64,000 nt of DNA, taken from assembly GCA_963667035.1 (NCBI GenBank), contig OY762964.1:2848001-2912000 (forward strand), read 5' to 3'. Origin of the DNA: Candidatus Cloacimonadales bacterium (GTDB lineage Bacteria; Cloacimonadota; Cloacimonadia; Cloacimonadales; JAFGVF01). The notes under the pieces are model-generated. The model made no database searches. It saw only the letters and a program-made list of their open reading frames with translations, and was not told the origin of the DNA. Numbering within the stretch: position 1 is the stretch's first letter; every line of letters begins with the position of its first letter. Both the position numbers and the translations under genes were made by a program. Of the stretch, positions 41,174 to 50,548 are shown piece after piece.

Positions 41174-42040
41174 ATGAAAAATATTACGATGAAAGGTAAC
41201 TCCGCAGAGGAAGTTATCAATGATTTTATGAAAGAGAATAATCTTTCAAAACGCGATTTTAATTATGAAATAATTCAAGAATCAGCGAAGGGATTTTTAG
41301 GTATATTTGGAAACAAACAGGCAGTTGTTAAATTTACGATTCAAGCCCCTGACGAATTAGTTGAAAGTTTTTTGATTGAACTATTTGAAAAGATGCAGAT
41401 TGAAAAACCGGGTATCGAGATGTCTATGGAAGACAAGGCTTTCTATGTCCGTATATTCCCTCGATCCGATGTGGGTTTACTTGTAGGAAAAGACGGACGC
41501 TTTATCGACCAATTGCAATATCTTCTTAACAGAGTTTTTGAAGAGCATAAGAGTGTAGGAAAGATTCTTTTAGATGTAGATAACTACAGAGAAAGGCAAA
41601 AAGAACAGTTTAGACAACGTATTTCCAAGCAAATTGCTAATTTCCAAGCAATGGAAAAGAAATATATCACTATTTTTAATCTGGATGCAGGAAGCAGAAG
41701 AATTGTTCATAGAGAAGTTGAGAAGATTTCTGGTCTTTCAACACTAACAATAGGTGATGGTAAACTAAAAAATGTTGTCGTTTTCAATAAGGAACAAGCC
41801 TCTGAAGATGACTTCAAGCACATGACTTACAGAGAGAAAAGAAAACCTCGTAGAAAACCTATTGATGGTCAGAAACCTGAAAACAATCATCGCAGAAGAG
41901 ACAATAGTGAGAGAAGTACTTCTCCTCGTAGTGAAAAAAGAGATAGTAGATCACGTAATGATAATACAAGAAAACGCTCAAACTATCGTCCTAGAAGAAG
42001 TAATGTAAATAGGAAACCACATACAGGTGAACAAGAATAG
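41174..42040 (+). CDS. jag: Jag/EloR (KhpB) RNA-binding protein
   Basis: Jag_N (KGFLGIFG), KH GKDG, R3H RRIVH, Arg-rich disordered tail. Confidence 0.88.
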   Translation: MKNITMKGNSAEEVINDFMKENNLSKRDFNYEIIQESAKGFLGIFGNKQAVVKFTIQAPDELVESFLIELFEKMQIEKPGIEMSMEDKAFYVRIFPRSDVGLLVGKDGRFIDQLQYLLNRVFEEHKSVGKILLDVDNYRERQKEQFRQRISKQIANFQAMEKKYITIFNLDAGSRRIVHREVEKISGLSTLTIGDGKLKNVVVFNKEQASEDDFKHMTYREKRKPRRKPIDGQKPENNHRRRDNSERSTSPRSEKRDSRSRNDNTRKRSNYRPRRSNVNRKPHTGEQE

Positions 42041-42797
42041 TCTAATCCCAATCTGTGCAGGCTTTTATTCTACTGATGCAGGAGCATCAATGGGTGTAAT
42101 GCCTAGAGCTCTTTGGGAAAAGACGATTGAGATTGATAGATTACACCGTCAGAGAATCCGAATCAATCTTCTTTTGATTAAGCATAATGAACGCCTGATT
42201 CTTATTGATTCAGGGATAGGTAATAAACTACCTGATAAATTAAAAAAGATATATAATTACTCAGATTTCATTCTTCCTGAATCGTTGGAATCTGAGGGTT
42301 ATATACCTGAAGATATTACTGACGTTATTCTAACTCACTTGCACTTTGATCATGCAGGAGGTCTAATCTCTATTGATAATGAAGAGAAAAGATTGACATT
42401 TCCTAATGCAGTACATTGGATTCAAAAAGATGAGTGGAATATTGCAAAAAATCCCGATGCTTTAAATAAAGCTGCATATAATTATGAAAGAGATCTTTCA
42501 CTCCTAGAGGATGAAGGTACCATTAATCTTGTTAATGGAGATTTAGAATTGTATAAAGGGATTGAAGTAAAAAAGGTTGGTGGTCATACAGAAGGATTTC
42601 AGATTATTGAAATTGAAACGGCTACTCATAGAGCGATTTATGCAGGAGATATAATTCCGACTCAACATCATATAGATCTACCGGTTATTTCTGCTTATGA
42701 CATATCAAGAAAAGATTCATACAAAGCAAAAGAATATATTTTAAATTCAAATTCTACTGTATATTTTAGCCATGATCCTGAAATCTGGTTTATATAA
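42027..42797 (+). CDS. MBL-fold metallo-hydrolase (YtnP-like)
   Basis: THLHFDHAGG, GGHT, AGD, HDP. Confidence 0.88.
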   Translation: MNKNSLIPICAGFYSTDAGASMGVMPRALWEKTIEIDRLHRQRIRINLLLIKHNERLILIDSGIGNKLPDKLKKIYNYSDFILPESLESEGYIPEDITDVILTHLHFDHAGGLISIDNEEKRLTFPNAVHWIQKDEWNIAKNPDALNKAAYNYERDLSLLEDEGTINLVNGDLELYKGIEVKKVGGHTEGFQIIEIETATHRAIYAGDIIPTQHHIDLPVISAYDISRKDSYKAKEYILNSNSTVYFSHDPEIWFI

Positions 42798-42802
42798 GTG
42801 AG

Positions 42803-43255
42803 GTGTCTATGAAAGATTTGATTATGTATCCATTTGTCCAAGGTTTATTAATTGGAATTATTGCTGTTGTAATAGTGCTATTGAATACTGCTTTCAAAAT
42901 TGGCAACTACAAACGCGAGTTAAAAAAACTGAAAGATTTTTTAAACACTCAAATGGAAATCAATGCAAAAGGGAATGAATCTATTACTAAAGAACTTAAT
43001 CATCTAAAAGAAGTAAATCTAAACTTGAAAACGACAGTAAAAACATGGCAAACAAAACCATCTAAATCAGAGCTAAGATCTTTAATGGTTTATAACAGAG
43101 CTTTAGAAATACTATTTGAAAGAGAAAGAGGATTTACTACCTATTGGCAGCAAGCTGTTAAAGAAGCTGAATCTGAAATTGATAAGGCAGATAAAGGTGT
43201 AATTCCTTTAGTGAAAAAAATGATTACGGGACAGAAGTATACTCCTGACAGCTAG
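42803..43255 (+). CDS. Hypothetical membrane-anchored coiled-coil protein
   Basis: N-terminal TM; last gene of the operon; ATG 42809 is an alternative start. Confidence 0.7.
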   Translation: MSMKDLIMYPFVQGLLIGIIAVVIVLLNTAFKIGNYKRELKKLKDFLNTQMEINAKGNESITKELNHLKEVNLNLKTTVKTWQTKPSKSELRSLMVYNRALEILFERERGFTTYWQQAVKEAESEIDKADKGVIPLVKKMITGQKYTPDS

Positions 43256-43505
43256 AAGTTTTAAACTACTATAAAAGCAGAGCTTATGGCTCTATTTTTT
43301 ATTGTATCGTAGTCAGAGTATTTGTATAAGCTCGATTTGCATTCTAAAAAGAATAGGATATTTGTATAAATTGAAGTATCATATCATTAACTAAGTAGAT
43401 ATTCATCTCATCATCATTGTTGCTATTGTTTTGTGAAAAGTATTATTATTGACATAAAAGCTGAGGCAATCTGCTTGACCGAAAATGATATTATAGGTGG
43501 AGTTA

Positions 43506-44645
43506 ATGAAGAAATCTAAGTTTTTACAGAAACGACGATATGAAGCATTTGTATTCTTACTTATCTCTGGAGGTATACTCTGGTATTTAGGTAGTAAGAT
43601 GTCAGCAAGTAATCTATTATCCTCAATAATGAATACTGCCCACGACTTACTATTGAACACAGTTTTCTATATTATGGCAATAACTGTTCTAGCAGGAGCA
43701 TTTGGTAAACTGATGATTGAATTCGGAGTTGTAAGGTTACTGGAAGTAATTTTAGCCCCATTGATGAGACCTTTGTTCAACCTTCCAGGAGTTGCATCAA
43801 TAGGAGCATTGATGACATTCTTTTCGGATAATCCGGCAATTATAAGTTTGGCTAAAGATAAGAATTTCAGAGCTTATTTCAAAAAATATGAACTTATATC
43901 CTTAACAAACTTCGGAACCGCTTTCGGCATGGGACTAATCGTGATAAGTTTCATGATTGGAAAAGGTTTTTTTACAAGTGCTATTATTGGACTTGCCGGA
44001 AGTATTGTTGGTTCTATTAGTTCTACTAGAATTATGCAAAATCTGATTAAGAAACAATTTCATGAGATACCTCTCAATAATGATATAAACAAAGAAGATG
44101 ATATCTCATTTAGTACTGAAGGCTCTGTTTTTCAACGCTTCTTAAATGCAATATTGGATGGTGGAAAATCGGGAGTTGACTTAGGATTAGCGATTATACC
44201 GGGTGTTCTTACTATTAGTACTTTCATCATGTTGATAACTTTTGGTCCTAAGGACTCTTTAGTTGGTTATCAAGGATTAGCTTACGAGGGAGTTCCGCTA
44301 TTACCTAAAATTGCCGGTATCCTAGCAATTCCCTTCAAATACCTGTTTGGTTTTGAGAATCCTGGAGCAATTGCTTTTCCGATTACTGCTCTTGGTGCTG
44401 TAGGTGCTGCACTATCTTTAATTCCTCGCTATCTTGAGACAGGAATAGCCGGAGCAAATGAAATAGCGGTCTTCACTGCAATGGGAATGTGTTGGAGTGG
44501 CTATTTAAGTACACATACCGCCATGCTTGATGCTTTAGGTTATCGAAAGCTTACTTCAAAAGCACTGATTTCTCATACAATCGGTGGTTTGGTTGCAGGA
44601 ATCTGTGCCCACTATCTGTTTTTATTAGTGAAACTATTTCAGTAA
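43506..44645 (+). CDS. CD0519/CD1768-like multi-pass membrane protein (nucleoside-recognition gate-like)
   Basis: LLLNTVFYIMAI, PLMRPLFNLPG, FSDNPAI, TNFGTAFGMG, MCWSGYLSTH. Confidence 0.75.
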   Translation: MKKSKFLQKRRYEAFVFLLISGGILWYLGSKMSASNLLSSIMNTAHDLLLNTVFYIMAITVLAGAFGKLMIEFGVVRLLEVILAPLMRPLFNLPGVASIGALMTFFSDNPAIISLAKDKNFRAYFKKYELISLTNFGTAFGMGLIVISFMIGKGFFTSAIIGLAGSIVGSISSTRIMQNLIKKQFHEIPLNNDINKEDDISFSTEGSVFQRFLNAILDGGKSGVDLGLAIIPGVLTISTFIMLITFGPKDSLVGYQGLAYEGVPLLPKIAGILAIPFKYLFGFENPGAIAFPITALGAVGAALSLIPRYLETGIAGANEIAVFTAMGMCWSGYLSTHTAMLDALGYRKLTSKALISHTIGGLVAGICAHYLFLLVKLFQ

Positions 44646-44663
44646 ATGAATCAAATTCTTACA

Positions 44664-44693
44664 GTCACCTCAATAACTAACTATTGAGGTGAC
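44664..44693 (+). terminator. Strong hairpin after the membrane-protein gene (no clear U-tract)
   Basis: GTCACCTCAATA-ACTAAC-TATTGAGGTGAC. Confidence 0.55.
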
Positions 44694-44829
44694 CGTGAGC
44701 TTAACAAAGTTATACATTAACCTCCTAAATGCCAATTAAGTAATTATATCCTGACAATCAAATAAGTAAACATTGACAATTCATTTTCTAATGCCTTTTC
44801 TGACATAAAAATATCAAGGAAGGAATAAA

Positions 44830-45447
44830 ATGGGAGTTACAAAACTATCTGTTCAGGAAAAAAAGTTAAAGAAAAGAGATGCAATCATTAAATCAGCAAT
44901 AGAGATATTTGGTCAAAAGGGCTTCTATAATGCCAAGATAGGAGATATAGCAAAAAAATCCAAAGTTGCTGACGGTACTGTTTATCTGTACTTTAAAAAC
45001 AAAGATGATTTGATGATTCAAGCCATGAAAGAATTACTTCATGAAAAATTGGATAGAATGAAAAGAAATCTCTCGGTCGAAAAGAGAGGTGTTAAAAAAC
45101 TTTATAAATTCTATAAGATGCATGCTGAAATGCTTACTAATGATATTGATGTAGCAAGATTTATAACTGTTGAGTTAAGACAATGTAAAGAGTTTTACGA
45201 GAAGTATCCCGAGTTTACTCCTATCAACGAATACATTGATTTTGTTGAGGATATCATTAAACAAGCAATTGAAGAGGGTGACATAGTGCGTAGTATTGAT
45301 CCAAGGATTTATGCTATGATGTTCCTTGGTACACTAGATTTTGTTGTAACTCAATGGGTTTTGGATAAAAATGAAATCAGCTTAGATGATGTAGTAGAAC
45401 AAATTGCCCATCTCTTTAGGTTGAACATTGAAGACCTTCAGTTATAA
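44830..45447 (+). CDS. TetR/AcrR-family regulator
   Basis: IIKSAIEIFGQKGF...IAKKSKVADGTVYLYFKNKDDL. Confidence 0.92.
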   Translation: MGVTKLSVQEKKLKKRDAIIKSAIEIFGQKGFYNAKIGDIAKKSKVADGTVYLYFKNKDDLMIQAMKELLHEKLDRMKRNLSVEKRGVKKLYKFYKMHAEMLTNDIDVARFITVELRQCKEFYEKYPEFTPINEYIDFVEDIIKQAIEEGDIVRSIDPRIYAMMFLGTLDFVVTQWVLDKNEISLDDVVEQIAHLFRLNIEDLQL

Positions 45448-45536
45448 TCTCAATTGTTATAGACAGATAATTGAATATATTATAAGTTGTATATCTAGAT
45501 TTATTAATATAATACGTGCACACATTTCTTCAACTT

Positions 45537-45552
45537 AGGAATTGTAATTGCA
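45537..45552 (+). promoter_or_regulatory. sigma54-type -24/-12 promoter
   Basis: AGGAATTGTAATTGCA (GG-N10-GC), about 57 nt upstream of the Rgp-like ATG. Confidence 0.65.
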
Positions 45553-45608
45553 TAAAAATATTTATTAAGATTTGTAATAGTAAAAAGTGATATAAACATG
45601 GAGGAAGA

Positions 45609-48600
45609 ATGAAAAAATTGAGCCTAGCTATAATGTTAGTTTTGCTAACAGGGCTACTTTTAGGTGAAACTGTGAAGATTTCATCGGGAATGAATTCAGT
45701 TCGTTTAATATCGTCTGATCGAAATACTACTGTACTCTCCCTAACAATAAACGAGTTTGAGAAAAGCAGTATAAGAATTGCTGGAGAAGATTATAGTGTT
45801 ATCAGCTTAGATAAAGAGCCACTTAGTCAAGTTAAGGGAGCTCCTATGCTACCCGAAGTTAATAGAAGTATAGTTATCCCTGCATTCACAAATTCTGAAA
45901 TTAGAGTATTGGAAAGTAGCTATAAAGATTATGATATGAATATTGCACCATCTAAAGGTCCGATTACAAGAGATATTAATCCTGAAGACGTTGCCTATAC
46001 TTTTGGTCCTGCATATAGCATAAATTCATTTTATCCCGCTGATATAACCGAGTTAAGTGAACCATATATTCTGAGAGACATGAGAGGTATTGTAGTTAAG
46101 TTTAAGCCTTTTATCTATAATCCTGTTACAAAGACATTGAGAGTTTATACTAATTTACTGGTTGAAGTTGAAAATAGCGGTATTAACATGGAGAATTCAC
46201 TTTCTAGGGAAACAAATTCCTACAGCAAAGAGTTTATTTCTTTATATGAAAACCATTTTATGAATTTCTCAACTCAGAGATATACTCCTGTTGAAGAAAC
46301 AGGCTCACTTTTAGCAATTGCTCCAACCCAATATATGGATTTAATGCAAGAATATGTAGATTGGAAGAATCAAAAAGGTATCCCCTCCGAACTTGTTGAG
46401 CTTTCAACCATTGGAACAACTGCAACAGAGATTCAGTCCTACATTCAAAACTATTATGACAACAATCCTAATCTAACATTTGTTCAATTGGCTGGAGATG
46501 CACCTCAATTACCTGCATTAAGTCATGTATATCAATATCAAACAGGTGGGGCCGATCCTATCTTAGCTTTGGTAAATGGTACTGATTCTTATCCGGATTT
46601 GTTCGTAGGAAGATTTTCTGCGGAAACAGTCGATCAATTAGAAACACAAATTGATAGAGTAATCTGGTATGAAAGAGATATAGATGAAACTGCAGAATGG
46701 TTGAATAATGCTATGGGTATTGCTTCAGATGAAGGTGGTACAAATGGTAATGGCGATATGGGCGAATCTGATATCATTCATATGAATAATATTAGAACAG
46801 ACCTTAATGACTACGGCTATCAGACAATTGATCAAGTATATGATCCAAGTGCTAGTTCATCTTCAGTTGCAAATAATGTCAATCAAGGTAGAGGTTTTAT
46901 AAATTATGTGGGGCATGGCTCAACAACTGCTTGGTATACAACAGGTTTTAGTGTAAGCAATTGTAATCAATTAACTAATAACTATAAACTTCCTTTCATT
47001 GTTAGCGTTGCGTGTATAAATGGTAACTTTGTTTCGAATACATGCTTTGCTGAAGCCTGGACTAGAGCTACTAACGGTGATGCTCCTACAGGTGCTATTG
47101 CTTTCTATGGATCCTCAGTTAATCAGGATTGGAATTCACCAATGAGGGGACAAGACGAAATAGTCGACTTACTTATTGCTGAAGAGAAAACCTCGGTAGG
47201 TGGATTATTCTATAATGGTTCTTGCGAAATGATGGATAACTATGGCTCTGTTGGACAAAGTATGTATAAAACATGGAATATTTTCGGAGATGCATCTCTG
47301 ATGGTTAGAACTAAACAACCTAGTGAAATGACTGTATCACATATGCCGACTTTCTTCTTAGGTGCAACTTCATTCAATGTTTCTGTCTCAAATCTCGACA
47401 ACAATAATCAAGCTTTAGTTAGTATCTCTGAAAATGGTGTGATGCTTGGATCAGGATATACCGATAACACTGGCATTGCAGAGGTTGAACTTGATTCAAC
47501 ACCTTCCGAACCTACAACCCTTACTATAACAGTAACTGCTTTTAATAAAATTACTTATACTGCTGATTTGTTAGTTACATCAGCCCAAGGTCCTTACATT
47601 GTAGTGAATGACTTAGCTTTCACAAATCCTGATGATGCTCAATTCGGTAGAACAGGTATCTTGAATATATCTCTTGAGAATGTAGGTATAGATGATTCTA
47701 GTGAATTAAATATTAGCATTGCTTCAGATGATTCAAATATTGTTATCTCACAATCAGAAGCTACATCAAATGCAATTGCTACTAATAATGTTACTACTAT
47801 AGATAATGCTTTCACTGTTCAGATTAGTGACTCAATTACTGATCAATACATTATTCCGATAACTGTCACAATTACCGATAATGCAGATAACTCATGGATT
47901 ACAGAAAAGCAACTTCTAGTTAATGCCCCATCGTTAACTGTAGAATCAGTTAATTGGACAGAAATAAGTGGAAATGGTAATACACTAATTGATCAAGGAG
48001 AGATTTGGAATTTACAGTTTATTGCTGTTAATAATGGACATGCAACAACAAGAAATGGTTATACTACTCTTACATTTGAAAATGATATGGTTAGCTACAT
48101 ACCTTCAGAAATCCCATACTTCACAAGACTAGGTATAGGAGCTAGTGTAATTGGTAATTATAATGTTGCCTTTAGCAGTCAAATTGCTACCCCTGAAACC
48201 ATAGGCTTTGAATATGGTATAGTTGCAGGAAATTATGTTTATGAATCATCTGATTCCATTATTCTTGGACTAACTATGGAAACATTCGATAATAGTTTCT
48301 ATAACTACGAGTATACATTTAGTGGTGGTGATTGGACTATCGATTCCAATGGAAGCCATGACGGTGCTGCAGCAAAATCACCAGATATTGGTAATAGTTC
48401 AGTGACTTCTATGCAAGTCACTATGAATGTTGTGCAAGCAGGTCAAATATCATTCTGGAAAAGAGTATCCTCTGAATTGAGTTATGATTGTTTAAAATTC
48501 TATATTGATAACCAAGCCCAAGATGAGTGGTCGGGTACTGTGAATTGGTCACAGAATACTTATGATGTTACTGCAGGCAATCATACATTTAAATGGGAAT

Positions 48601-49319
48601 ACTCAAAAGACTGGATGTCATCAAGTGGAGATGATTGCGTTTGGGTTGACGATATTATTTATCCTTTCGTCCCTGCATCTCAAGGAGCTCCTGATTTTTC
48701 AATAGACACTTTAAATATTGATTTTGGTGAAGTTTCTGTAGGACAAGAGAATTCGCAGAGCATCACGATATCTAACTCTGGCGATGGTATAATGATAGGC
48801 CGAATAAATTCTATAAGCCCAGATTTCACTATAAGGAAAAATGAAGTCAATTATGATGAGCTTTCTTATTACATGGAATCAGGTCAGTCATTTGAATTTG
48901 AGATTGCTTTTACTCCAACAGAACTCGGTAATCTATCTGAGCAGATTATTGTATTTAGCGATGATCCAAATAATTTGGAAACTGGTATTCTAGTATACGG
49001 TGTCGGAAGACCAACTGATAATAATGACAATGTAGCCGTTTATTCAACATCGCTTAAAGGTAATTATCCTAATCCGTTTAATCCTGAAACAAATATTTCT
49101 TTCTCTCTGAAAGATAACAGTAACGTAAAAATAGAAATCTATAATATACTTGGTAAAAAGATTAACACTATCATGAATGCTGAGATGACTAAAGGTAATC
49201 ATACAGTCGTCTGGAAAGGAATTGATACTAATGGTAAGCAGGTATCTAGCGGTATATATTTTTATAGAATGACTGCTGGTAAATATAAAGAAACTAATAA
49301 GATGATACTAATGAAGTAA
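45609..49319 (+). CDS. Gingipain-family (C25) cysteine protease, Rgp-like, with propeptide, Ig/adhesin-like domains and T9SS-type CTD
   Basis: Signal peptide; APSKG...EPYILRDMRG propeptide; GRFS, GESDIIH, NYVGHGS, SVACINGNF, CFAEAW, SPMRGQDE, FGDASL; NYPNPFNPET...KMILMK. Confidence 0.92.
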   Translation: MKKLSLAIMLVLLTGLLLGETVKISSGMNSVRLISSDRNTTVLSLTINEFEKSSIRIAGEDYSVISLDKEPLSQVKGAPMLPEVNRSIVIPAFTNSEIRVLESSYKDYDMNIAPSKGPITRDINPEDVAYTFGPAYSINSFYPADITELSEPYILRDMRGIVVKFKPFIYNPVTKTLRVYTNLLVEVENSGINMENSLSRETNSYSKEFISLYENHFMNFSTQRYTPVEETGSLLAIAPTQYMDLMQEYVDWKNQKGIPSELVELSTIGTTATEIQSYIQNYYDNNPNLTFVQLAGDAPQLPALSHVYQYQTGGADPILALVNGTDSYPDLFVGRFSAETVDQLETQIDRVIWYERDIDETAEWLNNAMGIASDEGGTNGNGDMGESDIIHMNNIRTDLNDYGYQTIDQVYDPSASSSSVANNVNQGRGFINYVGHGSTTAWYTTGFSVSNCNQLTNNYKLPFIVSVACINGNFVSNTCFAEAWTRATNGDAPTGAIAFYGSSVNQDWNSPMRGQDEIVDLLIAEEKTSVGGLFYNGSCEMMDNYGSVGQSMYKTWNIFGDASLMVRTKQPSEMTVSHMPTFFLGATSFNVSVSNLDNNNQALVSISENGVMLGSGYTDNTGIAEVELDSTPSEPTTLTITVTAFNKITYTADLLVTSAQGPYIVVNDLAFTNPDDAQFGRTGILNISLENVGIDDSSELNISIASDDSNIVISQSEATSNAIATNNVTTIDNAFTVQISDSITDQYIIPITVTITDNADNSWITEKQLLVNAPSLTVESVNWTEISGNGNTLIDQGEIWNLQFIAVNNGHATTRNGYTTLTFENDMVSYIPSEIPYFTRLGIGASVIGNYNVAFSSQIATPETIGFEYGIVAGNYVYESSDSIILGLTMETFDNSFYNYEYTFSGGDWTIDSNGSHDGAAAKSPDIGNSSVTSMQVTMNVVQAGQISFWKRVSSELSYDCLKFYIDNQAQDEWSGTVNWSQNTYDVTAGNHTFKWEYSKDWMSSSGDDCVWVDDIIYPFVPASQGAPDFSIDTLNIDFGEVSVGQENSQSITISNSGDGIMIGRINSISPDFTIRKNEVNYDELSYYMESGQSFEFEIAFTPTELGNLSEQIIVFSDDPNNLETGILVYGVGRPTDNNDNVAVYSTSLKGNYPNPFNPETNISFSLKDNSNVKIEIYNILGKKINTIMNAEMTKGNHTVVWKGIDTNGKQVSSGIYFYRMTAGKYKETNKMILMK

Positions 49320-49344
49320 AAATAGTAATAACTCACACAGAAAT

Positions 49345-49375
49345 AAGGCTGTTAAGAAAACAGCCTTTTCTTTTT
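49345..49375 (+). terminator. Intrinsic terminator
   Basis: AAGGCTGTT-AAGAA-AACAGCCTT followed by TTCTTTTT. Confidence 0.8.
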
Positions 49376-49494
49376 ACCCTCATAATTCACTTCATGTTAA
49401 ATCTATAATTAGACAACTATAATATAAATTGATTGACAATATGCTAATGTTAAATTTAACTCTGCAGTATTAATATATAATGCTTTGTTAAAAA

Positions 49495-49740
49495 CTCGCA
49501 AGAATGCGAATAAGGTCAACCTCGTCAAGCATATAGACGAGGTCAGTTAGTAGCGGATGTCATTAAGTATCAAGAGTATGGTAAAAGTATTTTGCATGGA
49601 ATGGAATAATTATAGCATGGGAAGACCATTCTGTGTAGTGGCAAATTTTACCTGCTCATTACTCCCCTTGGTACTAGGACATAATTATTGTTACTACTGA
49701 AATAGTGCAGTAGGGGTAGGTCTTTTCTCCCTACCCCTAA
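49495..49740 (+). ncRNA. Candidate structured non-coding RNA of unknown family
   Basis: Two 5' hairpins, a ~155-nt irregular rod (49544-49699) with many G.U pairs that only form on the + strand, and a GC-rich 3' hairpin TAGGGGTAGG/CCTACCCCTA; TTGACA upstream at about 49433. Confidence 0.5.
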
Positions 49741-49876
49741 TTACTAGTAATATGATTTTATGCCTCTAATAGTTTATTATTGAAACTCAATATAATATGC
49801 TCCTCTGATTAACAGCCATTACTTATAGCGACAATTAACTTGACCCTAATACTTACTATTTTAATGATGATTAGTT

Positions 49877-50479
49877 ATGGATAATAAAGAATTAACAACT
49901 TATGAGTTCTACGAAAAGAATTGGAAGGACTACGGTAATAAAACTGTCAATATTATACCGTATAGCTTTATAAAAAGCTTTTTAAGATTAATTCCTGATA
50001 AAAAAGATCTTATACTGGAATTAGGGAGCGGTTCTGGCAATTGTTTAAAACACATTCAGGAAGAAGGTTTTAATATCTGTGGAAGCGATTATATTATTGA
50101 TATAGTGCTAAATCTAAAACAGAAAGTTGATTGCTGTTCTTATGTTATTGATTTCTCTGATATTGAGTTCTTAAACTCTTTTATTGGGAACACGACAGTA
50201 AAACATGTTTTTGCTAACGCAGCTTTGCAACATCTTGATGTTTCAAGTTTGTTAAATTTATTAAGGAATATCAATATTGAAGGTTTTCTGGGATTTAACC
50301 TAAAGGAAGGTTCTGGAGAAATCTTACTTGAAGATGGAAGAAAAGAAATGCGTTATCAAAAAAGACAGATTGAACGAATTCTTAATGAGAAATATGATAT
50401 TGTTTATTTTGAGAAAACTGATGATTTGATGGGAAGAAATTTTAGCTGGTTGAACTGGATTACTCAAATCAAAAAGTGA
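49877..50479 (+). CDS. Class I SAM-dependent methyltransferase
   Basis: ILELGSGSG motif I, GSD, FANAALQH, LKEG. Confidence 0.8.
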   Translation: MDNKELTTYEFYEKNWKDYGNKTVNIIPYSFIKSFLRLIPDKKDLILELGSGSGNCLKHIQEEGFNICGSDYIIDIVLNLKQKVDCCSYVIDFSDIEFLNSFIGNTTVKHVFANAALQHLDVSSLLNLLRNINIEGFLGFNLKEGSGEILLEDGRKEMRYQKRQIERILNEKYDIVYFEKTDDLMGRNFSWLNWITQIKK

Positions 50480-50483
50480 ATTT

Positions 50484-50499
50484 AGGAACTAATTTTGCA
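50484..50499 (+). promoter_or_regulatory. sigma54-type -24/-12 promoter
   Basis: AGGAACTAATTTTGCA (GG-N10-GC), about 50 nt upstream of the Kgp-like ATG. Confidence 0.7.
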
Positions 50500-50548
50500 C
50501 GTGGAAATATAAACACTAGATTTTTATATAGATATATAAGGAGATTAA

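Noticed and set aside
44745..44829. TetR operator palindrome
   Set aside because: Repeated TGACA hexamers are present but no convincing dyad.
49544..49699. Firm call as 6S RNA, or of the 47-aa ORF as a gene
   Set aside because: The rod lacks an obvious large two-sided central bubble and the ORF has no SD; both are kept only as hypotheses.
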